64,000 bases of DNA. It comes from an uncultured Bacteroidales bacterium. GTDB taxonomy: Bacteria; Bacteroidota; Bacteroidia; Bacteroidales; VadinHA17. The notes beneath the pieces are model-generated. The model ran no database searches, had not been told where the DNA came from, and was given only the letters and a program-made list of their open reading frames with translations. Location: contig CAVSYN010000005.1 in NCBI GenBank assembly GCA_963732115.1, positions 65,410-129,409 on the forward strand. The letters are read 5' to 3'. The translations under genes and the position numbers were made by a program. Shown here piece after piece: positions 36,984-47,068 of this stretch. The first letter of the stretch is position 1, and every line of letters begins with the position of its first letter.

Positions 36984-37934
36984 TTGGACATAAAAGCTTA
37001 CATAAGGGAGTTGTTGTTCAGCCATGACTGTGTCATTATTCCGGGCTTTGGGGGATTTATCGGCAATTTTTATCCTGCCGCCATCGAAAAGAATACAGGG
37101 ACATTTTATCCCCCGGCAAGGAAAATCTCCTTCAACAGGAACCTGAATCACAATGACGGTCTTCTGATAAGCAAAATTTCACAGGCAACCGGGATAAATT
37201 ACGGCGATTCAAGGAATATTGTTGAGGAGTTTGTAAGGGAGTTGAACAATAAGCTTTCAAGAGGCGAAAAAGTTGTATTTGACCATCTCGGGACTTTTCT
37301 AAACAACGTAGAAAATAACATCCAGTTTGAACCGGATCCAAATATCAACTATTACCTTGATTCGTACGGACTTGAGTCGTTCCACTGCCTGCCGTTAAAG
37401 GAATATGATGTAAGAAAACGGGTTATCAGGCGCACTGATCCGGAGCCTGTAAAACGTTCTTCAACCAGACGAAACCTTTGGAGGGCCGCCGTTATTATCC
37501 CTGTACTTGCGCTTCTCGTGGCAATCCCCCTGAAGACCGATCTTTTCAAGGCTAAAGTGGAATCGTCAAGCCTGAATCCCCTGGTAACGGCTGAATTTGA
37601 AAATAACAGAAAGGCAATTGATGAGGCTGCCATTAAGATACCCGACAGCAGTTTCACAGCCAAACCTCCGGAAACTATTACGGCAGAACCCATACCAGCT
37701 GTACCTGTTGAGAAACATTATTATTGTGTGATCACGGGCAGCTTCAAATCGGAAGCAAATGCCTTTGCACATGTTAACAAACTTAAGGAGCAGGGTTTTG
37801 AACCTGAAATCAGCCAGGCTGCCAGCGGATTTTTCAGAGTCATTGCTATAAAATGTGCTGATATGAAAACTGCACTGTCAAAGAAAGACAGTATTGCCCG
37901 GAAATTCCCGGACACCTGGATCTCCAAACGTTAA
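36984..37934 (+). CDS. HU-like (HU-CCDC81-type) plus SPOR domain protein
   Basis: 316 aa (TTG start). The N-terminal half is LLFSHDCVIIPGFGGFIGNFYPA...VVFDHLGTF, followed by a central TM (AAVIIPVLALLVAIPL). The C-terminal SPOR-like segment is YYCVITGSFKSEANAFAHVNKLKEQGFEPEI. Confidence 0.65.
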   Translation: MDIKAYIRELLFSHDCVIIPGFGGFIGNFYPAAIEKNTGTFYPPARKISFNRNLNHNDGLLISKISQATGINYGDSRNIVEEFVRELNNKLSRGEKVVFDHLGTFLNNVENNIQFEPDPNINYYLDSYGLESFHCLPLKEYDVRKRVIRRTDPEPVKRSSTRRNLWRAAVIIPVLALLVAIPLKTDLFKAKVESSSLNPLVTAEFENNRKAIDEAAIKIPDSSFTAKPPETITAEPIPAVPVEKHYYCVITGSFKSEANAFAHVNKLKEQGFEPEISQAASGFFRVIAIKCADMKTALSKKDSIARKFPDTWISKR

Positions 37935-37936
37935 TC

Positions 37937-38167
37937 TTATTTTATTGTACTTCCGTTACTTACTTTCCCCTCGGGTGAAACAATTACTAGCTTTCCGTCC
38001 CTGTCTTCGGCCATAAGGATCATCCCTTTTGATTCAATACCTCTTATTTTCCTCGGTTCAAGGTTTGCAACGATTGAGATCTGCTTGCCGATCATTGCTT
38101 CAGGTTCAAAGTATTCGGCAATGCCCGACACAATTGTTCGGATATCGAGACCTGTATCAATTTTCAA
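37937..38167 (-). CDS. metG: methionine--tRNA ligase, C-terminal tRNA-binding (Trbp111/EMAPII-like) domain fragment
   Basis: 76-aa ORF KIDTGLDIRTIVSGIAEYFEPEAMIGKQISIVANLEPRKIRGIESKGMILMAED. A further unlisted 43-codon piece (about 38165-38295: [41 protein letters not shown]) lies in another frame just upstream. Confidence 0.75.
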   Translation of the reverse strand: MKIDTGLDIRTIVSGIAEYFEPEAMIGKQISIVANLEPRKIRGIESKGMILMAEDRDGKLVIVSPEGKVSNGSTIK

Positions 38168-38230
38168 GCTTCAGGAGCTTTGTTGTTTTCGGAACTTTTT
38201 CCGCTTCAAGAACAGTTGCTGTCCGGATAT

Positions 38231-38431
38231 CTACTTTTGTAAAATCATCAAAAGTGACCGGATCCTTTGAAGGCAGAACTCTTTGAGGATTCCGACGTCA
38301 TTTGCTTTTTTTGTCCGATTGAGCTTGTCTATCTGCTTTTCGATCTCGCTATCCTCGATCTTTTCAAACAGAAGATCGGGTTTGCTTATCTGGTGGCCCG
38401 GTTTCATTAGATCAGACACGGCCTCCATCAT
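38231..38431 (-). CDS. metG: methionine--tRNA ligase fragment (linker region)
   Basis: 66-aa ORF. The real part is ...[37 protein letters not shown]. The tail after that is out of frame. Confidence 0.65.
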   Translation of the reverse strand: MMEAVSDLMKPGHQISKPDLLFEKIEDSEIEKQIDKLNRTKKANDVGILKEFCLQRIRSLLMILQK

Positions 38432-38705
38432 CCCAATGTAGCAGTTTCAGATTGATCAGTTTTCCGAGCTTTTCCATTGAAAACGGAAGAAATGGTTCAA
38501 GCAGGATCGACAGGTTTGCAGTGATCTGGAGGGAGATGTTCATAATTGTCTTTACCCTTTCAGGATCTGTTTTGACAACTTTCCATGGTTCGGCGTCGGC
38601 AAGATACTTGTTGCCCAGCCGGGCAAGGTTCATCGCCTCTTTCAGAGCTTCGCGGAATCTGAATGTTTCAATGCTGGCTTCTACATTTTCCTTTATCACC
38701 TTCAT
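38412..38705 (-). CDS. metG: methionine--tRNA ligase fragment (anticodon-binding domain)
   Basis: 97-aa [45 protein letters not shown]. Confidence 0.75.
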   Translation of the reverse strand: MKVIKENVEASIETFRFREALKEAMNLARLGNKYLADAEPWKVVKTDPERVKTIMNISLQITANLSILLEPFLPFSMEKLGKLINLKLLHWDDGGRV

Positions 38706-39975
38706 TTCGGCAAGAACTGAATTGTCGTATCAGGTCTGCTTTTCCTCTTTCCGGAACTTTACCTCCGTAGTAGTTATTGGTAAGGACGAGAGTCCGGTTA
38801 ACAAAATTACCAAGAATTGCAACAAGCTCATTATTGTTGCGTGCCTGAAAATCCTTCCAGGTGAAGTCGTTGTCCTTTGTTTCAGGGGCATTTGAACATA
38901 GTGTATATCTCAGAACATCCTGTTTCCCCGGAAAATCCTCAAGGTATTCATGCAGCCAGACTGCCCAGTTGCGGGAAGTTGATATCTTATCATTTTCAAG
39001 GTTCAGGAATTCATTTGCCGGGACATTTTCAGGAAGGATGAACGAACCTTCAGCCTTAAGCATGGCAGGGAAAATAATGCAATGGAAAACTATGTTATCT
39101 TTTCCTATAAAATGAACCATTTTTGTTTCAGGATCTTTCCAGTACTTTTCCCAGTCGGTCGTCAGCTCTTTTGTAGCGGAAATATATCCGATCGGTGCAT
39201 CAAACCATACGTAAAGCACTTTACCTTTTGCTCCTTCAACGGGAACCGGTATGCCCCAGTCGAGATCGCGGCTTACTGCCCTTGGCTGTAATCCCTGGTC
39301 GAGCCATGATTTACACTGTCCGTAAACATTCGGCTTCCATTCCTTGTGTTCTTCAAGGATCCATTTCTTCAGCCATCCTTCATATTTGTCGAGAGGAAGA
39401 TACCAGTGCAATGTTTCACGGAGGACCGGCTTGCTTCCGCTTATCGTTGAGTGGGGATTTATCAGGTCGGTGGGACTGAGGGATGTGCCGCATTTTTCAC
39501 ACTGGTCGCCGTAGGCATTCTCATTGCCGCAGTGGGGGCATGTTCCCATGATATACCTGTCGGCAAGGAAACAGCCTGCTTCCTCGTCATAATATTGTTC
39601 CGATGTTTTTTCAGTGAATTCACCCTTGTTGTACAATTTGAGAAAGAATTCGGATGCAGTTTCGTAGTGCACTTTATTGGATGTGCGGGAATAAATATCA
39701 AATGCTATTCCGAAATCTTCAAATGCTTTCTTATTCAGCGAATGGTATCTGTTAACAACCTCCTGGGGAGTAATACCTTCATTTCGTGCCTTTAAGGTGA
39801 TCGGCACCCCATGCTCATCCGACCCGCAGATTGAAATTACATCCGCCCCTTTCATCCGCAGGTACCTGGTGTAAATATCGGAAGGAACATAAACTCCTGC
39901 CAGGTGACCGATATGCAAAGGTCCGTTGGCATAGGGAAGAGCAGAAGTGACCAGATATCTTTTAAAATTCTTCAT
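38668..39975 (-). CDS. metG: methionine--tRNA ligase, catalytic body
   Basis: 435-aa [16 protein letters not shown] (HIGH), zinc knuckle [25 protein letters not shown] (KMSKS-type). A candidate -7 box (tatatttg on the minus strand, plus coordinates 40015-40022) lies upstream. Confidence 0.9.
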   Translation of the reverse strand: MKNFKRYLVTSALPYANGPLHIGHLAGVYVPSDIYTRYLRMKGADVISICGSDEHGVPITLKARNEGITPQEVVNRYHSLNKKAFEDFGIAFDIYSRTSNKVHYETASEFFLKLYNKGEFTEKTSEQYYDEEAGCFLADRYIMGTCPHCGNENAYGDQCEKCGTSLSPTDLINPHSTISGSKPVLRETLHWYLPLDKYEGWLKKWILEEHKEWKPNVYGQCKSWLDQGLQPRAVSRDLDWGIPVPVEGAKGKVLYVWFDAPIGYISATKELTTDWEKYWKDPETKMVHFIGKDNIVFHCIIFPAMLKAEGSFILPENVPANEFLNLENDKISTSRNWAVWLHEYLEDFPGKQDVLRYTLCSNAPETKDNDFTWKDFQARNNNELVAILGNFVNRTLVLTNNYYGGKVPERGKADLIRQFSSCRNEGDKGKCRSQH

Positions 39976-40086
39976 GTAACTATAATAATGAACAATCCTG
40001 AGTTTTCAAAGTTGCAAATATAATGTTTATTCGAGGAGTTGGATGAATGGGCAATAAGGATTATTTTTACATTACATATTGAAAAG

Positions 40087-40395
40087 ATGCCTGTAAGAAA
40101 GAGAGTTCCTCCTCTTCTAAAGGAGGGCGATGAAGTCGGTATAATCTCACCTTCGTGGGCGATAGATGAAGATAAAATCAATGCAGCTGTAATTTTCCTT
40201 GAAAACTGGGGCTTAAAGGTCAGATTCGGGAAGAACATCCTTAAGCGTTCGGGTCCTTTTGCAGGAACTGACAGGGATCGTCTTTCAGACCTGCAAGAGA
40301 TGACGGATGACCCAAATATCAAGGCAGTTTTCTGTTCAAGGGGAGGCTATGGATTGCTCAGGATTATAAGCAAGGCTGATTTTTCAGGGCCTTAA
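40087..40395 (+). CDS. LD-carboxypeptidase (peptidase S66), fragment 1 of 4
   Basis: Track ORF 40039..40395. I start at MPVRKRVPPLLKEGDEVGIISPS (40087). It contains GTDRDRLSDLQEM and the SRGGYG motif. Confidence 0.75.
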   Translation: MPVRKRVPPLLKEGDEVGIISPSWAIDEDKINAAVIFLENWGLKVRFGKNILKRSGPFAGTDRDRLSDLQEMTDDPNIKAVFCSRGGYGLLRIISKADFSGP

Positions 40396-40609
40396 AAGAT
40401 TACCTAAATGGTATGTCGGATTCAGTGATATCACAGTGTTACATATCTGGCTGAGTGAAGTTTACGGCATCGCCTCAATTCATGGCGATATGCCTCTTAA
40501 CTATTCCGATAAGGATAAATCGGAAGAAACTTTTAAGACACTACATGGTGCCCTCTTTGGAGGATACAGACCTCTTTCATGGAGCGGAACTTTTATCAGA
40601 CCGGTCTGA
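40391..40609 (+). CDS. LD-carboxypeptidase, fragment 2 of 4 (no start codon; not in ORF track)
   Basis: My translation of the +1 frame is [66 protein letters not shown]. It contains the S66 nucleophile motif GFSD. Confidence 0.65.
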   Translation, partial: LKRLPKWYVGFSDITVLHIWLSEVYGIASIHGDMPLNYSDKDKSEETFKTLHGALFGGYRPLSWSGTFIRPV

Positions 40610-40739
40610 TATTGAGGGTGAAATGACAGGTGGTAACCTGTCTTTGATTTACAGCCTTATCGGGACAAAGGCTGAGCCAAAAACCAGAGGAAGAATACTT
40701 TTTATTAGAGGAAGTGGGAGAGTACTATTACCATCTTGA
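40455..40739 (+). CDS. LD-carboxypeptidase, fragment 3 of 4 (only the 3' half of this track ORF is genuine)
   Basis: From about 40590 the ORF reads [34 protein letters not shown], the S66 GGNL region. The upstream part of the ORF is out-of-frame read-through of fragment 2. Confidence 0.6.
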   Translation: MKFTASPQFMAICLLTIPIRINRKKLLRHYMVPSLEDTDLFHGAELLSDRSDIEGEMTGGNLSLIYSLIGTKAEPKTRGRILFIRGSGRVLLPS

Positions 40740-41004
40740 CAGGATGATGACCTCATTAAAGCTTGCCGGAAAACTGAAAGGGCTTGCAGCGCTGGTCGTT
40801 GGCGGCCTTTCAAAGATGGAAGACACAAAGATCCCCTGGGGAAAGAGCGCAGAGACAACAATCGCCGAAGTTGTTACGGATTATAAATACCCTGTCTTAT
40901 TTGGTTTTCCTGCAGGTCATATTAACGATAACCGTGCATTCTATATCGGCCGGCAGGCAAGGATTGCTATGGATGGACAAAAGGCTGTCCTGACATTCGC
41001 CTGA
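40714..41004 (+). CDS. LD-carboxypeptidase, fragment 4 of 4
   Basis: 96-aa ORF (GTG start artefact) [32 protein letters not shown]...[11 protein letters not shown] (catalytic His region). Confidence 0.7.
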   Translation: MGEYYYHLDRMMTSLKLAGKLKGLAALVVGGLSKMEDTKIPWGKSAETTIAEVVTDYKYPVLFGFPAGHINDNRAFYIGRQARIAMDGQKAVLTFA

Positions 41005-41007
41005 AGA

Positions 41008-42015
41008 TCAGAATGCTGAAATAAGAAGATCAAGATCTTTTGATATCGCACCAAATTTCTGGCCGAGGGTTTCATTGGTCAGGATTCCGTTGAAAAGGTA
41101 AACTCCGTTCCGGAGTCCGCGGTCATTCTTCAGCAACTGGGTTATTCCTCCTGCTTCGGCAATACTCTGAAGAAGGGGATTGAAAATATTGCTGAGTCCA
41201 ATCGAGGCAGTACGTGCTACCCTTGAAGGAAGGTTCCAGGCAGAAAAATGTATTACACCATGTTTTTCATAGACCGGATCTCTCAGGGCACGGCATTCGG
41301 TTGTTTCTATGCAGCCTCCCCGGTCAATGCTGAGATCGATGACAACAGATCCTTTTTTCATGGTCTTTATCATTTCTTCGGTGATATAGTACCACGGCCG
41401 GAGATCCTCAAGCTCACATGCCCCGATCAGGACATCAGCTGATTTAAGTGCCTTTTTCAATACCTGGGGATGAAAAACCGAGGTCTGAAGTCTCTGGTTA
41501 AAAACGTTCTGGAACTTTCTCAGATTATGGAGTGACTGATCGAAAATCCTGACTACAGATCCGAGTCCGAGAGCTGCCCGTGCGGCATACTCGCCGGCAG
41601 TATTGGCACCGATTATTACAACTTCTGTCGGGGTGACACCGGTTATTCCGCCGAGAAGCACTCCCTTACCACCGTGATGGTTGCTCAAATAGTCGGATGC
41701 AATAAGAATGGAAGTCACTCCGCTAATCTCGCTCATTGACTCCATCACAGGCATAACTCCGTTAATGTCACGGATCTTCTCAAAAGCGAGGGCTGTCACT
41801 TTCTTCCTGATAAGTTTTCCGAGCGTTTCTTCGCTGAGTCTGAGAACATTCAGAAAAGACATAACTATCTGGTTGCCTTTAAGATATTCGGCTTCCTGAA
41901 TTGTAAAAGGTGCAACCTTTATCACTGCATCTGCACTAAATACTCTGGCTGGTGAGTCTGTAATCACTGCCCCGTTCTCGGCATAATCCTTATCGACTGT
42001 AATTTGCGCCAGCAC
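41008..42015 (-). CDS. ald: alanine dehydrogenase-family protein, main fragment (frame break near 42000)
   Basis: 335-aa ORF. NAD-binding VIIGANTAGEYAARAALGLG and the AlaDH/PNT C-terminal domain pattern. Confidence 0.8.
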   Translation of the reverse strand: MLAQITVDKDYAENGAVITDSPARVFSADAVIKVAPFTIQEAEYLKGNQIVMSFLNVLRLSEETLGKLIRKKVTALAFEKIRDINGVMPVMESMSEISGVTSILIASDYLSNHHGGKGVLLGGITGVTPTEVVIIGANTAGEYAARAALGLGSVVRIFDQSLHNLRKFQNVFNQRLQTSVFHPQVLKKALKSADVLIGACELEDLRPWYYITEEMIKTMKKGSVVIDLSIDRGGCIETTECRALRDPVYEKHGVIHFSAWNLPSRVARTASIGLSNIFNPLLQSIAEAGGITQLLKNDRGLRNGVYLFNGILTNETLGQKFGAISKDLDLLISAF

Positions 42016-42229
42016 CTGCTCCTTTCTGAACTATCACCTCGTTATCATTCTCCACAAGAATATTTACTGCCTCAGGTGTCAACGCCACTCTTTTCTCATC
42101 ACCTTTCTTGTCGGCCGGAATTCCAACTGAGATCTTCTTACGCCTTACTGCCGTCTCAAGCTGTTCTTCCTTCGGCATAAAAGCTGCGTTGCCAAAACTT
42201 AAATTTCCGTTTTTGCCTTTTTCGTTCAT
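41990..42229 (-). CDS. ald: alanine dehydrogenase-family protein, N-terminal fragment
   Basis: 79-aa ORF KISVGIPADKKGDEKRVALTPEAVNILVENDNEVIVQKGAGAGA. It joins the next fragment as ...GANYS|DKDYAENGA after removal of one base. Confidence 0.75.
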   Translation of the reverse strand: MNEKGKNGNLSFGNAAFMPKEEQLETAVRRKKISVGIPADKKGDEKRVALTPEAVNILVENDNEVIVQKGAGAGANYSR

Positions 42230-42295
42230 TTTGAGAAATGAGGTTAATTATTCAAAGGTAAAAAAAATGCAATACAGGAACAAAATAAGATTAGC

Positions 42296-42709
42296 TTACG
42301 CGATGTCAAGAGTACGTTCTTCATTATCCCCCACGGTTATTCTGATCTTCGCAGTTTCAGAAGGGAGGATGTCCTCAATTAGTTCAGGCCATTCCATCAG
42401 GCAATATGAACCGCTTGCAAAGTATTCTTCAATTCCGAAATCAAATACCTCTTCCTTTTTTTTGATGCGGTAGAAGTCAATATGATAGATCGAATCGCCC
42501 TTTGCAGTTATATATTCATTGACAAGGGTAAAAGTGGGGCTGGTTACAAGGTCTTCTGCTCCCAGTACCTTGCATAACGCTTTTATGATTGTTGTTTTTC
42601 CGGACCCCATTGCACCATAGAAAGCCAGTAATTTAAAGGCGGAGGTATATTTAAGGATCTTTTTGGCGGCTGCCGGAATGTGTTTTTTATCTTTTATCAG
42701 GATCCTCAT
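42296..42709 (-). CDS. tsaE: tRNA t6A37 biosynthesis ATPase TsaE
   Basis: Track ORF 42296..42748. I start at MRILIKD (42709). Walker A FYGAMGSGKTT and TsaE motif SPTFTLVNEY...HIDFYR. Confidence 0.85.
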   Translation of the reverse strand: MRILIKDKKHIPAAAKKILKYTSAFKLLAFYGAMGSGKTTIIKALCKVLGAEDLVTSPTFTLVNEYITAKGDSIYHIDFYRIKKKEEVFDFGIEEYFASGSYCLMEWPELIEDILPSETAKIRITVGDNEERTLDIA

Positions 42710-42726
42710 TCTTACCATGCGATTAA

Positions 42727-43680
42727 TCAGGAAACAGGTTCCAGGCATGCAACAGGGAGCAGGATCTCCTGCATTGAAATGCCGCCATGCTGAAATGTAT
42801 CCTTGTAATAACCTGCATAGTAATTATAATTGTTCTGGTAGACAAGAAAATCCTTATTGAGGGCGAATATATATTTTGATGTGATATTGGTTTTCGGAAG
42901 GCCGGCCTTTTCAGGGTACTTCAGTTCAAAAACCTGCCTGGGATTATAGTCGAGATTTCTCCCCATCTTGTACCTGAGATTTGAAGATGTTTGCCTGTCG
43001 CCGATAACCTTGATGGGATTCTGTACCCTTATTGTCCCGTGATCGGTGCTGAAAATTATTTTTACCGGCTGGGTTGACAATGCAACCAGCAGTTCAAACA
43101 GCGGAGAGTGAACGAACCATGAACGGGTCAGGCTCCTGTAAGCCCGTTCATCATTAGCAAGATCCCTTATCAGGCCGATCTCAGTCCTTGCATGGGAAAG
43201 CATATCAACAAAATTGTAAACAAGTATATTGATGTCATTCTCAAGCATCTGCCTGATATTGTCGTTGACTTTTCTTCCTACCTGATTACTTGTAATTTTA
43301 TGGTATGACCATTTATATTTATGTCCCTTCCTTGCCAGCTGATATTTGAAAAGTTCCTCTTCGAAGTTGTTTTTCCCCTCATCTTCATCATCGTCGACCC
43401 ACAGCTCAGGCAGTATTGCTGCAATTGCCGAAGGCATCAGTCCCGAAAAAATCGCATTCCGGCTGTACTGGGTGGCCGTTGGAAGTATGCTGTAGTAAAT
43501 ATCTTCCTCGATCACCCTGTAGATCCCGGCAAGTTCGGAGGCAATTGTCTTCCACTGGTCGAATCTCAGGTTATCGATCAGATATAAAGAACACAGGCTT
43601 TCCTTGCTGCACATTGGGAAATATCTTCTTTGAAAATAGCGAGGGAGAGAGTATTGGCTTATCTTCAGCATCCGGGTCAA
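42727..43680 (-). CDS. porX: PorX-type response regulator, PglZ/alkaline-phosphatase-like domain fragment (frame break near 43590)
   Basis: 317-aa ORF. The genuine part starts ...LIDNLRFDQWKTI and includes FSTDHGT, both PglZ-domain features. Confidence 0.75.
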   Translation of the reverse strand: MTRMLKISQYSLPRYFQRRYFPMCSKESLCSLYLIDNLRFDQWKTIASELAGIYRVIEEDIYYSILPTATQYSRNAIFSGLMPSAIAAILPELWVDDDEDEGKNNFEEELFKYQLARKGHKYKWSYHKITSNQVGRKVNDNIRQMLENDINILVYNFVDMLSHARTEIGLIRDLANDERAYRSLTRSWFVHSPLFELLVALSTQPVKIIFSTDHGTIRVQNPIKVIGDRQTSSNLRYKMGRNLDYNPRQVFELKYPEKAGLPKTNITSKYIFALNKDFLVYQNNYNYYAGYYKDTFQHGGISMQEILLPVACLEPVS

Positions 43681-44293
43681 GCCATGAGAGATAATTATTC
43701 ATCAGATATTTTACAAATGCGTTGTTTGCTTCGCTCTCCTGCATCTTCAGGATCTGGGTCATTCCCGGATCAGTGGATTTCTCAAGCTCTGATTCCCAGA
43801 AAGTTATTTTCCTGTAAAGGTCGGTCCAGTCTGAATGGGTTCTGGCCGACATTATCATGTTCCCAATGTTGCTGAATTCCTGCCGGTAATTGGTCGTTGT
43901 CTTTTCGGTGATAAGCCTGCGTTGTTCGGTTATCCTTTTTATTACAAGCAGGATCTGATTTGGCTTTACGGGCTTGATGAGGTAATCTGCCATCTCTGAT
44001 CCAATCGCAGCCTCCATTATCCCTTCTTCCTCATTTTTGGTGATCATTACTACGGGGATATCAGAACGAACTTCCTTTATGAGACGGAGGGTTTCAAGGC
44101 CGCTTAGTCCCGGCATGGTTTCATCCAGAAAAATCAGATCATAGGGATTATGACGGACCAGATCGACTGTATCGATGCCGTTGGTGCATGTGTCGACCTC
44201 ATAGCCTTTTTCCCTCAGGAATAATACATGTGCCTTTAGGATTTCAATCTCGTCGTCTGTCCACAAAATTCTTATTTTCCTCATCGCCATCAT
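43571..44293 (-). CDS. porX: PorX-type response regulator, CheY receiver plus linker fragment
   Basis: 240-aa ORF. Receiver KIRILWTDDEIEILKAHVLFLREKGYEV...DLIFLDETMPGLSGLE...ADYLIKP. The receiver+PglZ architecture is the PorX (T9SS regulator) architecture. Confidence 0.8.
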   Translation of the reverse strand: MMAMRKIRILWTDDEIEILKAHVLFLREKGYEVDTCTNGIDTVDLVRHNPYDLIFLDETMPGLSGLETLRLIKEVRSDIPVVMITKNEEEGIMEAAIGSEMADYLIKPVKPNQILLVIKRITEQRRLITEKTTTNYRQEFSNIGNMIMSARTHSDWTDLYRKITFWESELEKSTDPGMTQILKMQESEANNAFVKYLMNNYLSWLDPDAEDKPILSPSLFSKKIFPNVQQGKPVFFISDR

Positions 44294-44314
44294 CCCGAAT
44301 AGAACTCTGTAAAT

Positions 44315-46765
44315 TTACCTAATCTTTCTTCGAGTGAGGTAGTTTTGGTTAAAGAAAAGGTAATATCGTTCGGGATTCTTATCATTTTCAAGCGCCTTGA
44401 GGTTGTTACTGTTTATCAGGAAGGTCATTACCGTGGCCCCTGAAGTATTTCTGATAATCTGATCTGCTTTAAAAGCATTGTAGTATTCCCATGCCTGGGT
44501 GTTATTTGCAAATCCCGAGACCATAATCCTCACGTAGCTGTTGTTAATCAGCATCCCGTCGGTCCGGTAATTCTTGTTTGTATAATTATCAATATTATAG
44601 CTGATTACATCAAATGATGCCTGGTTCACGTTGAATGCAGGATCCACAATGATGATTGCAAATGTGAACAATGAAGCCGTGTCAGCAACATAGATCTCTG
44701 CGGCAATCTGCTTATCTTCTTCAATTTTCAGTTCAGGGAGCTTCTGGTTCAGATACGCACTGAGCTCTGCAGCTTTTTTACCCTCATCAGTCTCAGGCCA
44801 TTCTTTTACCACCTTGTTCAGCTCCTCCTTAAAATCCCTTTCAGTGCTTACCCTGGCTACTGAATAGGCACGCAGAAGCATAAACTTTGGCGCAAGGCTA
44901 CCCTGCGGATTAATACTGACTGCACTGTCGCAGAGAGTAATAGCTCTGTTAAAGTTTTCAAGACTGTAAATATCAAAAGCTTCCTGGTAGAGCTTTTCTT
45001 CCAGCCTGTTTTCTGCCATTCTCTTGTTGAAATAATCGGGATCTGAAAGGATTCTTGAAAACTCACTTTCAGGATATTTTTCAAGCAATCGCTGACGGCT
45101 GATCTCTGATTTCTGATTGTTGTCTTCCTTATAAACTTTGTATAATTCGTAAAGCGTTTCCGGGACAAGTTCGTTTTCGGGGTACCGTGACAACAGTTTT
45201 TCATACGATTCGGCTGCTTTCTGCCTGTCGGAAATCTTTTCGGAAAAGACCCTCCCGGAATTGAAATAGGCATTTGCTATCTTTTCATTTGAAATTGCCA
45301 GCAATGAATCAGTCAGAGGCAGATTTTTAAGATAAAATTCAGGCTTTTTATAGTCCACAACAGCCTTTGATGTATCCGAACCTTCTTTACCGTTTTCTTC
45401 CTGTCCTGCAGCCGCCTGGTTAACGTTTACTCTTGCCCTGTTTGACCTCCTCCAGTTGTCTTCAAGACGTCTCTCTCCCCATCTTCTCCTGAATTCTGTC
45501 CGGCCGAAAGTAAGTGCAGCCTGATTGTAGAAGTACCATTTCCCTTCCTGGGAAATATTTGTCTGAAATCTTCTTTCGTTTTCGTAATACTGTCCAATAT
45601 TGGCTCTGTCGGCATATTCGGAAGTTTTCCCTTCACTTTCGTCCTTGATGATCTTTTCAATTATTCCGGCAATCAGTGTCTCCCTTTCGGCGGAAGGCAT
45701 CGAGGCAACTTTCTGCAGGCTGTCTTCTGTCTGGATGACAGTCAATTGTGCTACCAGTGAATTAAGATTCTGCGATTTGGTCTTCAGATCCTTATAGTCG
45801 GGATACTTCTGATCGATAAAATAAACGGTACTGTCATAATACACACCAGCTTTCATATAATCCGGCTTGCTGTAGTAATAATCGGCCAGGGCCAGGTATG
45901 ATTTTCCTTTCTGATTCTGGTTAGTTGAACTTGATGAAGCCGATTTCTTATAGTAATCCAGTGCATCTTTCATATTTCCCTCTTTCTTCATCATATTCCC
46001 GAGGGCATAATAGATCTGATCCTGAAACTCCTTATTCTTCGAGTCTCTCAGCATCCTTTCAAGCTCTCTTTTGATTTCCTGGGGATTTCCTGAATTAACA
46101 TCGAAAACTCCTGCGATATTTATGCGGGCATTGAACTCAACATCATAAGGCGGATGCATTTTAACGACATCCTTGTATAATGAGGTGGCCATTACAGCGT
46201 CACCAGCGCGTTCATACAGCTGGGCAAGGAGATACGTGAGCCTGTATTTCGTTCTTTTTCCGCTAGAGTATTTCATCGATTCTTTCAAAGGATCGACGGC
46301 TTCCTGGAACTTTTTAAGCTTTATATTCAGGTCGGCAAGAGTCGAGTAATAGATGGTTTTTAGCAGCTTTGAGGTTAATGAACCGGTTTCAATTTCAGTT
46401 AAAAGCCTGTTTGCCTCGATATAGTTCCCACGCTCACTATTGATCCTTGCAAGCCATACCGACGATTCAGTCTTTATTTCCGGATCATTTGCATTGTTTA
46501 TGCAATAGCTGAAAACCGAAGCAGCTTCGTTGAATTCATGCTTGTAAAATCTTGCTTTGGCAATTAGAAAATAGCTGTCGTCGACCCATTCATTGAATTC
46601 CTTTTGTTCGAGCAGTGCCTTATCTTTCTCGGTGAGATCCTTCTTCGGGTTAAAATCGGGCCGGGCAGTTATCGATTTCAGCGAAATGAGCTTTCGATGC
46701 TTTCTGGATTGCTTTTTCCATGTCGGTTGAGCAAAGCGAAACAGTTGATGGATCGCTGTTTTCAA
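44315..46765 (-). CDS. sprE: TPR-repeat lipoprotein, SprE/PorW-like, main body
   Basis: 816-aa ORF with multiple TPR-like repeats. The true N-terminus lies upstream in three other frames (see next feature). Confidence 0.6.
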   Translation of the reverse strand: MKTAIHQLFRFAQPTWKKQSRKHRKLISLKSITARPDFNPKKDLTEKDKALLEQKEFNEWVDDSYFLIAKARFYKHEFNEAASVFSYCINNANDPEIKTESSVWLARINSERGNYIEANRLLTEIETGSLTSKLLKTIYYSTLADLNIKLKKFQEAVDPLKESMKYSSGKRTKYRLTYLLAQLYERAGDAVMATSLYKDVVKMHPPYDVEFNARINIAGVFDVNSGNPQEIKRELERMLRDSKNKEFQDQIYYALGNMMKKEGNMKDALDYYKKSASSSSTNQNQKGKSYLALADYYYSKPDYMKAGVYYDSTVYFIDQKYPDYKDLKTKSQNLNSLVAQLTVIQTEDSLQKVASMPSAERETLIAGIIEKIIKDESEGKTSEYADRANIGQYYENERRFQTNISQEGKWYFYNQAALTFGRTEFRRRWGERRLEDNWRRSNRARVNVNQAAAGQEENGKEGSDTSKAVVDYKKPEFYLKNLPLTDSLLAISNEKIANAYFNSGRVFSEKISDRQKAAESYEKLLSRYPENELVPETLYELYKVYKEDNNQKSEISRQRLLEKYPESEFSRILSDPDYFNKRMAENRLEEKLYQEAFDIYSLENFNRAITLCDSAVSINPQGSLAPKFMLLRAYSVARVSTERDFKEELNKVVKEWPETDEGKKAAELSAYLNQKLPELKIEEDKQIAAEIYVADTASLFTFAIIIVDPAFNVNQASFDVISYNIDNYTNKNYRTDGMLINNSYVRIMVSGFANNTQAWEYYNAFKADQIIRNTSGATVMTFLINSNNLKALENDKNPERYYLFFNQNYLTRRKIR

Positions 46766-46987
46766 ATACCTTTAAGAGTTCTGAAAAATCGTCTCTGTAG
46801 CCATTATTTATTTTGAGAATGCCCGTCCTTGAAGCTTTCATAGCCGTTGAAGTAGATATTGAACCGTGAGGTCAGGCCGTGATAAAACCGTTGTTGTGGC
46901 GGTGTTTTTTTCCACGGAGCAGTCAGGCAGGATCAGCAATAACCCGGCAAGAGCAAGTAATTTATATATTGATTTCCCTGCTGACAA
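46650..46987 (-). CDS. sprE: SprE/PorW-like lipoprotein, N-terminal pieces (three frame breaks)
   Basis: My translations across frames are (TTG 46987) SAGKSIYKLLALAGLLLILPDCSVEKNTATT | RFYHGLTSRFNIYFNGYESFKDG | ILKINNGYRDDFSELLKVFENSDPSTVSLCSTDMEKAIQKASKA | ISLKSITARPDFN... They show a lipobox and the KNT..R.YH.LT..FN.YFNG pattern I associate with SprE-family proteins. Track ORF 46650..46841 is the third piece. Confidence 0.55.
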
Positions 46988-47068
46988 TAAGTTAACTTTA
47001 ATACTATAAACTTACTATATCCGAGTATAGTATTTCAAAGTTTGTTAAAATTGGAACAGGCCGTATAA

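Noticed and set aside
42727-43680. PglZ domain as a marker of a BREX/phage-defence system
   Set aside because: The PglZ domain is fused to a CheY receiver (the PorX architecture). It is flanked by tsaE and a SprE-like gene, not by pglX/brxC/brxL-type genes. I see no defence island context.
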